A program made the translations under genes and the position numbers. From an uncultured Caulobacterales bacterium (GTDB lineage Bacteria > Pseudomonadota > Alphaproteobacteria > Caulobacterales > Maricaulaceae), in assembly GCA_938040095.1 (NCBI GenBank), contig CALHXF010000029.1, forward strand, positions 2,646 to 66,645: a stretch of 64,000 nt of DNA, given 5' to 3'. The notes under the pieces were generated by a model. The model had not been told where the DNA came from. It searched no databases and saw only the letters and a program-made list of their open reading frames with translations. Below, piece after piece: positions 41,577 to 50,030 of the stretch (positions are counted from its first letter, which is position 1; each line of letters opens with the position of its first letter).

Positions 41577-42753
41577 TCATACACTCATCCAAGACGGCCG
41601 CGCCCGCGACGCATCCCGATTTGCAACATCTGTCGACGTGAGCGATATCTCTGGAAATGAGCCCATAGAGGTTCTTCATATCCCGAATGATGCAGATTTG
41701 GATGCGCTTGCACCTACATTAGGTCGAATTGAAACGATCCTGATTGATTTCCCAGCCTATACCGACGGGCGCGGGTTTTCTCTCGCGCGTCAACTTCGCC
41801 GTAGATATAACTATGAAGGCCTACTCATCGCCGACGGTCCATTGATCCCAGACCAACATGCCTTTGCATTACAGTGTGGTTTTGACGCTGTGCGTTTGGA
41901 TGATGAGACCCTGAAACGTCACACAATTGAGGACTGGCATAGCGCCTTGGACGATTTCGATATGACCTATCAACGCGGCTATGCCGTAAAAGCTGGCCCT
42001 GCGACCTCGGTATTTGATGCCCGCATGACAACACTAGATAGCCGAAAGGCAGGTGACCCTTTTTTCGGCCACTCGGCGGAGTTGACGCTACGTAAGGCCA
42101 TTACAAAATTCAAAGGTGATATCGTGCTGGCCACATCCATGGGTGTGGATTCAGCCGTACTGCTACATATGGTGTCACGGATTGATCCGAGCCTTCCGGT
42201 GATCTTCCTTGATACAGGTAAACATTTTCGAGAAACCTTGGCTTACCGCGATGAACTCGTCAGTCGTTTTGGCTTGACCAATTTTCAGAATATCACGCCT
42301 GATCAGGCGGCTATTTTAGCCGAAGACCCAGATGGGACGTTGAACCAAAGCGAACCTGACTCCTGCTGCGATTTGCGCAAGGTCAGGCCGTTGGACGGCG
42401 TCATCAATGGCTATGGTGCGCGCATCACAGGGCGGAAGCGGTACCAAACCCCAGAGCGTGCCGAGATGTCGATTTTGGAAGAAACCTCCCCGCAGGCCAA
42501 GGTCAATCCATTGGCCTATTGGACTGCGAAAGACGTTACCGCCTATATGCGCCAACACGACCTACCGCCGCATCCACTGCTCGCGATTGGATATCTTTCA
42601 ATTGGGTGTCAGCCTTGCACAACCCGCGTATCAGCAGGCGAAGACCCGCGCGCTGGTCGGTGGAGAAATAGCGATAAGACGGAGTGCGGTATTCACATGG
42701 TCGATGGGAAATGGGTGAGCGTTGAGACGAAGGCTACGTTTGAGGCTTTTTAA
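41569..42753 (+). CDS. cysH: DUF934 fused to APS/PAPS reductase CysH
   Basis: N-terminal FP..TDGRGFSLARQLR...DQ...CGFD (DUF934); C-terminal FLDTG, CC..RKV.PL, SIGC.PCT, R.GRW, ECGIH. Confidence 0.9.
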   Translation: MPSHTLIQDGRARDASRFATSVDVSDISGNEPIEVLHIPNDADLDALAPTLGRIETILIDFPAYTDGRGFSLARQLRRRYNYEGLLIADGPLIPDQHAFALQCGFDAVRLDDETLKRHTIEDWHSALDDFDMTYQRGYAVKAGPATSVFDARMTTLDSRKAGDPFFGHSAELTLRKAITKFKGDIVLATSMGVDSAVLLHMVSRIDPSLPVIFLDTGKHFRETLAYRDELVSRFGLTNFQNITPDQAAILAEDPDGTLNQSEPDSCCDLRKVRPLDGVINGYGARITGRKRYQTPERAEMSILEETSPQAKVNPLAYWTAKDVTAYMRQHDLPPHPLLAIGYLSIGCQPCTTRVSAGEDPRAGRWRNSDKTECGIHMVDGKWVSVETKATFEAF

Positions 42754-42784
42754 TGAGTTTGGGATAACGCTCTTTTACGTCTAA

Positions 42785-43075
42785 AAAAAAAGGTTTTGGT
42801 GTCATAAAGATGGGAGGCCTTGGTACCACGTAGATAACAGGACTTGTGGGGCGTTTTATTACACATTTGTTTTCGTTCCAGTCGGGACGTTCGGATTGTT
42901 ATTTATATGGTCTTGGTTTGGAGACCTTAGTTTTTTGGATGGCATTCCAGGAAAAGTATTCGTTGCGATCCTATTCGTTCTGATGGGCTGGGGAGCATTG
43001 CTAGGTTACAGATATCCAAAACCAGCTTTGGCTTTCAGCAAGGTTTTGCGTTATTTCCCTTCCGGGGGGATCTAG
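42785..43075 (+). pseudogene. Start-less 96-codon frame encoding two hydrophobic helices, behind an A9 tract
   Basis: Reads KKRFWCHKDGRPWY...FYYTFVFVPVGTFGLLFIWSWF...VFVAILFVLMGWGALLGYRYP...GGI*; fills the cysH-hisIE gap; TAA at 42782-42784 closes the frame upstream. Confidence 0.4.
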
Positions 43076-43082
43076 ACTGGTC

Positions 43083-43673
43083 CTAGTGTCGAGACTGAAG
43101 TTCTTTGATCACGGCGTCTAGTTTTAGGTCTTTTGCCGCCAATAAAACCAACGTGTGATAGATCAAATCTGCCGCTTCGCTGACCAATTTATCGTCGGTT
43201 TCGGCAACAGCGGCGAGGGCGGTTTCTACGCCTTCTTCGCCGACCTTTTGTGCGGCGCGACGGAGCGGGCCTTGCAGGAGTTGCGCGGTATAGGAGCTCT
43301 CAGGATCGGCTGTTTTTCGACCTTCGATAAGTGTCTCCAGATATGACAGGAACCCAACGCCTTCGGCACCTTCATTGCCGAAACACGAAACAGTACCTTC
43401 GTGGCAGGTTGGACCTTTGGGTCGGGCTTTGACCAAGATCGTATCCTGATCACAGTCGATCGTCATGCTGACCAGAGACAGTGTATTCCCGCTCGTCTCG
43501 CCTTTGGTCCAAAGCGTTTGGCGAGAGCGACTGAAAAATGTAACGAGTCCCGTTTCCGTTGTCTTAGCAACAGATTCGGCATTCATATATCCGAGCATCA
43601 AAACTTGCAGTGTATCTGCGTCTTGAACAATCGCAGGGACAAGGCCTCCGCCTTTTTCGAAATCAATCTTCAC
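43083..43673 (-). CDS. hisIE: Bifunctional PR-AMP cyclohydrolase / PR-ATP pyrophosphatase
   Basis: [22 protein letters not shown]; [20 protein letters not shown]. Confidence 0.95.
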   Translation of the reverse strand: MKIDFEKGGGLVPAIVQDADTLQVLMLGYMNAESVAKTTETGLVTFFSRSRQTLWTKGETSGNTLSLVSMTIDCDQDTILVKARPKGPTCHEGTVSCFGNEGAEGVGFLSYLETLIEGRKTADPESSYTAQLLQGPLRRAAQKVGEEGVETALAAVAETDDKLVSEAADLIYHTLVLLAAKDLKLDAVIKELQSRH

Positions 43674-44437
43674 AATCGTACCTCTATGCCTGCGCGACGC
43701 AAATCAGCCTTCAAATCAGGAATGGCAATTACGGATTTATGGAAAACGGACGCTGCCAATGCGCCGTCAACATTGGCTTCTTTGAATACGTCCTCAAAAT
43801 GCTCTGTCGCGCCAGCTCCACCAGATGCAATTAATGGCACATTGCAAACCGCGCGAACCGCTTTGAGCTGCTCCAGATCATAGCCTTTGCGGACGCCGTC
43901 GCGGTTCATGCAGTTGAGAACAATCTCTCCTGCGCCGCGTTTGACCGCATCTTGGACCCAATCCAATGTAAGACGTCCCGTTTCGCGCGTCTTATCTGGA
44001 TCACCCGTATGGGATTTGACGCGATACGTTTCTCCGTCCGCGAAAGTATCAATGCCCACAACGATACACTGAACGCCGTAAGCGCCGCTGAGCTCATTGA
44101 TGAGGTCAGGGCGCATGAGAGCGGGGGAATTAACGCTGATTTTATCAGCTCCCGCTGCCAGCCGCGCACCCGCGGCTTCAACGGTTTTAATGCCGCCTGC
44201 CACGCAGAAAGGAATGTCTAATGCGCGACTAACTTTACCGACCCATTCTGGGCTAACGGTACGGTCATCAACGGAGGCGGTGATGTCATAGAAAACGAGT
44301 TCATCTGCGCCTTCATCACGGTAGCGCAAGGCCAAGTCGATGATGTCTCCGACATCTTCGTGGTTGCGAAATTGGACACCTTTGACGACGCGACCATCGC
44401 GCACATCCAAACAAGGGATGATACGACGGGTTAGCAT
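43670..44437 (-). CDS. hisF: Imidazole glycerol phosphate synthase, cyclase subunit
   Basis: [33 protein letters not shown]. Confidence 0.96.
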   Translation of the reverse strand: MLTRRIIPCLDVRDGRVVKGVQFRNHEDVGDIIDLALRYRDEGADELVFYDITASVDDRTVSPEWVGKVSRALDIPFCVAGGIKTVEAAGARLAAGADKISVNSPALMRPDLINELSGAYGVQCIVVGIDTFADGETYRVKSHTGDPDKTRETGRLTLDWVQDAVKRGAGEIVLNCMNRDGVRKGYDLEQLKAVRAVCNVPLIASGGAGATEHFEDVFKEANVDGALAASVFHKSVIAIPDLKADLRRAGIEVRL

Positions 44438-45156
44438 TGGATCGCTTCGGGAAGGCTGAATGCACCTTCATAGAGCGCTTTACCTATGATAACTCCGTAG
44501 GGGTCAATAGACTTTAGATCGCGCACATGATCGATCGTTCCGACACCGCCAGATGTGATTAGGTCCAATGACGGAAAATCGGATTGGATGCGTTTGTAGA
44601 GGTCAACGTTGCCACCTTTCTGCATACCGTCTCTGCCAATGTCTGTGACTAAGATCGTTTTCAACCCTGATCCGAGGTAATCGTCAATGACCTCCCAGAG
44701 TGTTTTATCTGAGGCTTCGGTCCATCCTTTTGTAGCGGGACGAAATTCACCATCTTCGCCTTGGTTGACATCTAGCGCGATACAGATCGCCTCTGGCCCT
44801 ACATCTCGCAACCAATGTTTGACCATTTGCGGACTGGTGACGGCGAGGGAGCCGATAACCACGCGGTCAACGCCACCGTCTAGCAAGCGTTTGATCTGCG
44901 CGAGATCACGAAGACCGCCGCCCGTTTGGACTTTAATATTGGCTGAGTTTGCAATTTTCAGGATAAGGTCAGATTGCTCAGCTTGTCCGTTTTTTGCTCC
45001 GTCTAGGTCGACGATGTGCATCCATTCTGCGCCTGCCTCGGCGTAGCCTCGGGCGACATCAGCAGGGTCAGCGTCGTAATTCGTGCGGGCGTCAAAATCG
45101 CCTTTCAGCAACCTTACACATCCGCCATCCATCAAATCCATTGCAGGGAAAATCAT
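44431..45156 (-). CDS. hisA: ProFAR isomerase
   Basis: [33 protein letters not shown]. Confidence 0.96.
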   Translation of the reverse strand: MIFPAMDLMDGGCVRLLKGDFDARTNYDADPADVARGYAEAGAEWMHIVDLDGAKNGQAEQSDLILKIANSANIKVQTGGGLRDLAQIKRLLDGGVDRVVIGSLAVTSPQMVKHWLRDVGPEAICIALDVNQGEDGEFRPATKGWTEASDKTLWEVIDDYLGSGLKTILVTDIGRDGMQKGGNVDLYKRIQSDFPSLDLITSGGVGTIDHVRDLKSIDPYGVIIGKALYEGAFSLPEAIQC

Positions 45157-45752
45157 AGTGTTACGTCCAGAAAATTCTTGAGTATTTGCGCGCCAGTTTT
45201 GGAGCTACGTTCAGGATGAAACTGGCATCCCCAGACGTTATTGTTACGCGTAATAGCCGTGAAAGGAGAGCCATATTCAGCCTCCGCCAATGTCGTTTCT
45301 GTCACATCGGCAGCATAAGAATGAACGAAATAAGCGTAATCTCCGTTGGAGATACCGGCTAGCAGAGGGTCCTTTTTTATAGGTTTAAGCGTGTTCCATC
45401 CTATATGCGGCGTCGGCAGGTCCTTTGTCGGTAGCTTACGAATAGCACCTGGGACGAGGGCAAGACCGTCTACGGTTTCGCCTCCTTCTTCGAGGGTTTC
45501 ATACAGAAGTTGCATGCCCAAACAAATTCCGATCACAGGTTGTTTCAGAGACTGAAGCACAGGTTTCAGACCCTTTGCATTGATGCTGCGCATCGCAAAT
45601 GGAGCCGACCCGACGCCCGGAAATACGACCCGTTCCGCAGCGTGAATAACCTCAGCATCTTCCGTTATGATCGGCGAAACGCCCAAACGTTCAAATGCAT
45701 ATTGGACGGAGGCTAAATTCGCACAGCCCGTATCGACGATGACTAAACTCAT
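45153..45752 (-). CDS. hisH: Imidazole glycerol phosphate synthase, glutaminase subunit
   Basis: PGVG, GICLGMQ, YFVHSY, QFHPE; ATG at 45752. Confidence 0.96.
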   Translation of the reverse strand: MSLVIVDTGCANLASVQYAFERLGVSPIITEDAEVIHAAERVVFPGVGSAPFAMRSINAKGLKPVLQSLKQPVIGICLGMQLLYETLEEGGETVDGLALVPGAIRKLPTKDLPTPHIGWNTLKPIKKDPLLAGISNGDYAYFVHSYAADVTETTLAEAEYGSPFTAITRNNNVWGCQFHPERSSKTGAQILKNFLDVTL

Positions 45753-45762
45753 TTTGGTGCGC

Positions 45763-47400
45763 TCACAATGTGCCTTTAGTCGATGGAATTTCGCTACCTG
45801 ATACGGCGAATGCAGGTCGCAATGCGCGTCCGACACCTTTGAAGCAAGCTTCAATCATGTGATGCGAATTATCGCCTTTGACGTCCACATGGATAGCGGC
45901 ACCCAGCGTTTGCGCTAGGCTTTCGAAGAAATGCGGACACATCTCCACGGGGAAATCACCAACGTGATCGGTTGGGAATTCACCTTTGAAAACGGCGGCT
46001 GCGCGACCTGATAAATCAATCGCGACCTGCGCTTGTGTTTCATCCATCGGAATGACGTAACCATAACGACCAATGCCCGCCTTATCACCCAGAGCTGATT
46101 TCAACGCAGCACCAAAGGCGAGGGCTGTGTCTTCAACAGTGTGGTGAGCATCAATATGCAAGTCACCTTCGCAAGACATCGTCAGGCCAAAGCCACCATG
46201 TTTAGAGATTTGTTCCAACATGTGATCATAGAACCCAATGCCCGTCTCGATTTTTGTCTGGGATGGATCATCCAGATTTACGCGCACGGAAATATCGGTC
46301 TCGTTCGTCTTACGGAAGGTTTCACCAATGCGGTCAATGCTCTGCGGAATATCAATTACACCGAACGCTTGCAGGGCGATTGTGTTCTCTTCCGGGGAGC
46401 CAATGGAAATACGCATGTGGCCCGTTGTCGAACGATAGTCTCTGATTTTAATGTTGAATTTGCGGAGTTGTTTCAACAGTGCTGTTTCGTTCTTCACGTC
46501 TAACAGCAGAAAATTTGCGTCCGACGGGAAAACGGTCTCAACGAAATCAGACTGCTCTAGGCCTTTTGCTAATCGTACGCGCTCCGACAAAGTTTCAGCC
46601 AATCGTTGCGCGTGAACGGACATTGCAGACGGGGCAAGCGCATTGAGGATCGCAGCTTCAACAGGTCGAGCAATCGGGTAGGGCGGGAGGACTTTGATGA
46701 GGAGGTCGATGATACGTGGGTCCGCCAATAACGCACCGCCCCGAACACCCGCCAAAGCAAAGGCTTTCGAGAGGGTCCGCAGGACAACAAGGTTCGGGAC
46801 CGTCCCGATTTGATCGGCAAGGCTCTCTTGATCTGAGAACTCAATATAGGCTTCGTCAACGATAACCAATGTTTCAGGCAACTCTGAACAGACGCGGAGG
46901 ATAGCGTCGCGTGTGAGACTATTGCCTGTGGGATTGTTTGGAGAGCAGAGAAAGACCATCTTCACGTCAGATGGACGCCCTGCTTCAATAACGGCTGAAA
47001 TATACCATTGGTAAGTTGCGCTCAGAGGTACTTCAACAATGCCCGCACCTTGGATGTCTGCACAGGTTTTGTAATATCCAAATGTCGGCGGACAGGTCAG
47101 AATACTATCTTGCTCAGCTTCGCAGAACGCGCGGATCAAGCACTCAATGCCTTCGTCGGCGCCGCGGCCCACCATGATTTGATCGGTGTTGACACCATAA
47201 ATGCTTGCGAGACGACGCACTAAGTTTTCAGGTTGTTGGGCAGGATAACGGTTAAATCCAGTTGCGCCAACGACAGGTGGCGGCGCGTATGGGTTTTCAT
47301 TGGCATCTAAATGCAGCGCATCCGTCGCACCGCCGCGCGCAGAATAAGGCAACATTGCAACGACCGCTTTACGAGCAATACTCTCTGGCCAATTTGTCAT
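45763..47400 (-). CDS. Fused histidinol-phosphate aminotransferase (HisC) and imidazoleglycerol-phosphate dehydratase (HisB)
   Basis: Residues 1 to about 350: LDANEN, CSPNNPTG, VDEAY, RTLSKAF; residues about 357-545: RKTNETDI, DHMLEQ, DAHHTVED, HHMIEACFK; no stop between. Confidence 0.92.
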   Translation of the reverse strand: MTNWPESIARKAVVAMLPYSARGGATDALHLDANENPYAPPPVVGATGFNRYPAQQPENLVRRLASIYGVNTDQIMVGRGADEGIECLIRAFCEAEQDSILTCPPTFGYYKTCADIQGAGIVEVPLSATYQWYISAVIEAGRPSDVKMVFLCSPNNPTGNSLTRDAILRVCSELPETLVIVDEAYIEFSDQESLADQIGTVPNLVVLRTLSKAFALAGVRGGALLADPRIIDLLIKVLPPYPIARPVEAAILNALAPSAMSVHAQRLAETLSERVRLAKGLEQSDFVETVFPSDANFLLLDVKNETALLKQLRKFNIKIRDYRSTTGHMRISIGSPEENTIALQAFGVIDIPQSIDRIGETFRKTNETDISVRVNLDDPSQTKIETGIGFYDHMLEQISKHGGFGLTMSCEGDLHIDAHHTVEDTALAFGAALKSALGDKAGIGRYGYVIPMDETQAQVAIDLSGRAAAVFKGEFPTDHVGDFPVEMCPHFFESLAQTLGAAIHVDVKGDNSHHMIEACFKGVGRALRPAFAVSGSEIPSTKGTL

Positions 47401-48695
47401 TTCAACGCCTCCAAGCGTAGGGTCACAGCATTTTTATGACCGTCCAGACCTTCCATTTCGGCCAAGCGTTCAACAACAGGACCTAAACGTTTTAGTCCCT
47501 TTTTTGTGAGTCGTTGTATCGAAATGAACTTCAAGAAACTATTCAAGGTCACACCTGAATAAGCACGCGCTGCGCCATAAGTTGGCAGCGTGTGATTTGT
47601 TCCGCTGGCGTAATCGCCGACACTTTCAGGTGTCCAAGGGCCGAGAAAAATCGACCCCGCATGACGTATCGCGCCAACATAGGTTTCGGGCTGACGTAGT
47701 TGAACAATCAAATGCTCGGGTGCGTAGCGATTGACGATATCGATGATGTCCGACCGATCTTCTGCAATGAACATGCGGCCATACCCTAAGGATTCCCGTG
47801 CAATTTTTGAGCGAGACAGTTTCGCGAGTTGAGCTGTAATTTCGATTTCTATCGTATCCGCAACTGCGTCATTTTCGGCAACGCAGACGACCTGAGCAAC
47901 CGTGTCATGTTCAGCTTGACTGAGAAGGTCTGACGCCACAAATGCGGGGTTAGCAGAACTATCCGCCAGGACCATAGCTTCGGATGGACCTGCTGGCATA
48001 TCAATCGCGGGGCCGCCCGCTTCTTGGGCGACCAATGATTTTGCTGCGGCAACCCACGCATTACCTGGGCCGAAAATTTTGTCACATTTAGGAATACTGT
48101 CTGTTCCATAGGCCAACGCGCCGATGGCTTGCGCGCCGCCGACAGCGAATAGACGGCTAACTCTGCATCGATATGCTGCGGCCAAGATCATAGGATTAAC
48201 CTCTCCATCTTTGCCTGGAGGCGTGACAACGATACGGTTTTGAACACCCGCAACTTTCGCGGGTACAGACAACATCAGCAGCGTCGAAACGAGGGGGGCT
48301 GTGCCGCCCGGAACGTAAAGTCCCGCAGTTTCAATAGCGCGGGATTCGCGGCGACATATCACGCCAGGCTCTGTCTCAACTTCGACTGGCGCAGGTATTT
48401 GGGCTTTGTGAAAACGTTTGATATTGCGTCTGGCACGTTCAATGACGGCTTGATCTGATGCAGAGAGGGCATTCCAAGCGGCTTCTAGTTTTGAGGCAGG
48501 AACTTCCAAGGCATCCAGTTCAACGCTGTCGAACTTTTTCGTCAAACGTAGGAGTGCTTCGTCGCCGTCGGATTGAACGTCGGACAAAATGGTTCGCACA
48601 CCATCAATCAACGCGGCGTTCGAAATGGCGGCGGGACGGGCGAGGGCGTCGCTGCGCTCAGCTGGCGTTAGGTTTTTCCAGTCGAAGCGCTGCAT
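47397..48695 (-). CDS. hisD: Histidinol dehydrogenase
   Basis: GLYVPGG, GGAQA, GPGN, AGPSE, QAEH, APEHL, GTNHTLPT. Confidence 0.97.
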   Translation of the reverse strand: MQRFDWKNLTPAERSDALARPAAISNAALIDGVRTILSDVQSDGDEALLRLTKKFDSVELDALEVPASKLEAAWNALSASDQAVIERARRNIKRFHKAQIPAPVEVETEPGVICRRESRAIETAGLYVPGGTAPLVSTLLMLSVPAKVAGVQNRIVVTPPGKDGEVNPMILAAAYRCRVSRLFAVGGAQAIGALAYGTDSIPKCDKIFGPGNAWVAAAKSLVAQEAGGPAIDMPAGPSEAMVLADSSANPAFVASDLLSQAEHDTVAQVVCVAENDAVADTIEIEITAQLAKLSRSKIARESLGYGRMFIAEDRSDIIDIVNRYAPEHLIVQLRQPETYVGAIRHAGSIFLGPWTPESVGDYASGTNHTLPTYGAARAYSGVTLNSFLKFISIQRLTKKGLKRLGPVVERLAEMEGLDGHKNAVTLRLEALK

Positions 48696-49579
48696 TAGCT
48701 CATCATCTTCTCGATTGGCAGAACAAGAATCGCGCGCGCGCCTAATGCCTTGAGCGCCTCTAACGTCTCCCAGAAAACCTTCTCGGTACAGACCGCCTGA
48801 ATAGCGACAAGGTCACTTTGACCTGCAAGTGGCATGATCGTTGGTGCATCTGATCCGGGTAATAGGTCCGTGATCGCGGCGACTGCCTCTTTAGGGGCGT
48901 TTAGCATAATGTATTTTGTATCAGCTGATTTCAGGACTCCATCAATGCGATTCATCAATTTCGCCAATATGTCAGCTTTCTCAGGAGATAGCTTTCGTCC
49001 TGACTGAATTAGGACAGCTTCGCTTTCTAATATCGTTTCAAATGCCGCCAATCCATTCGCTTCCAATGTTGCGCCAGACGACACCAGGTCACAAATGCTC
49101 TCGGCGATGCCAATGGACGGAGCGAGTTCGACTGCGCCCTTCATCTCAACGAGTTTCGCATCTAACCCTTGCTCAGATAGGTAGCGCGCCGTTACACCCG
49201 GATAAGTGGTCGCGATACGGGTGCCATTCAAATCCGCGGGTGACTGAACCTTACCTGTCTCACTTGCGGCTAGACAAAGTTTACAACGCGAAAACCCGAG
49301 ACGCATCGTGATTTCAGCATCCAGTGGTGTTTTTGCACTGAGTTGCTCCTCGACCAAGACGTTCTCACCGACAATACCAATGTCAGACGCATTATTTGCG
49401 ACAAATGACGGAATATCGTCGTCCCGCACAAGCAAGAGATCAACAGGCATGTTTTTAACGCGTGCCAGTAATCCACCACCACGTATAGAGAAGCGCAAGC
49501 CGCATTTTTTCAACAAAGCGAAGCTGTCTTCAGCTAAGCGTCCTTTTTTCTGAAGTGAGATGCGCAAGCGATCTGTCAT
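48695..49579 (-). CDS. hisG: ATP phosphoribosyltransferase, long form
   Basis: QKKGRL, RDDDIP, ATTYP, GAVE, DLVSSGATL; 294 aa including C-terminal regulatory domain. Confidence 0.96.
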   Translation of the reverse strand: MTDRLRISLQKKGRLAEDSFALLKKCGLRFSIRGGGLLARVKNMPVDLLLVRDDDIPSFVANNASDIGIVGENVLVEEQLSAKTPLDAEITMRLGFSRCKLCLAASETGKVQSPADLNGTRIATTYPGVTARYLSEQGLDAKLVEMKGAVELAPSIGIAESICDLVSSGATLEANGLAAFETILESEAVLIQSGRKLSPEKADILAKLMNRIDGVLKSADTKYIMLNAPKEAVAAITDLLPGSDAPTIMPLAGQSDLVAIQAVCTEKVFWETLEALKALGARAILVLPIEKMMS

Positions 49580-49863
49580 AATGTTTCTTTCTTACCAAGG
49601 ACCGCACGGTAACCGCCATGTGGTTCATCTCGCAGGAAGCGTGCAACGCGCCCAATTGTTGTTGTGGAGACACCCGTATCCGCTTGTATCTCACGATAGG
49701 ATTTTTCACCTTCATCCAAGATTTGTGCAACGTACCAACGCTCTGACAATGCGCGCAGTTCTGCGGGCGTACAAAGGTCGACGAGAAAATCGCGCACGTC
49801 TTTTTCTGTGCCAAGATGGACGAGGGCAGCTTCAAGTTTTAGATATTTGTCTGGCTTGCTCAT
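49576..49863 (-). CDS. TrpR-like YerC/YecD family repressor (HisR-like)
   Basis: FLVDLCTPAEL..L.ERW, SYREI...TGVSTTTIGRVARFL..GY; ATGA overlap with hisG. Confidence 0.9.
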   Translation of the reverse strand: MSKPDKYLKLEAALVHLGTEKDVRDFLVDLCTPAELRALSERWYVAQILDEGEKSYREIQADTGVSTTTIGRVARFLRDEPHGGYRAVLGKKETL

Positions 49864-49882
49864 GTGTTAGCGCGCTAATACA
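49863..49882. promoter_or_regulatory. 20-bp palindromic operator at the start of the his operon
   Basis: TGTGTTAGCGCGCTAATACA, 18/20 self-complementary, abutting the repressor start codon. Confidence 0.75.
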
Positions 49883-50030
49883 CTGGTACAAAAATAGCAC
49901 AAGCTCAAAAGTGAGTGAAATGCAGAAATCTGTGTAAAAGAATGTTATATACCTCTGGCTCTAATTCGGATGCGCCTCACACGGGTAAAGCGCCCAAAAG
50001 CGCTCGTCCACTAAGAGTAAGGCTCGTTTG

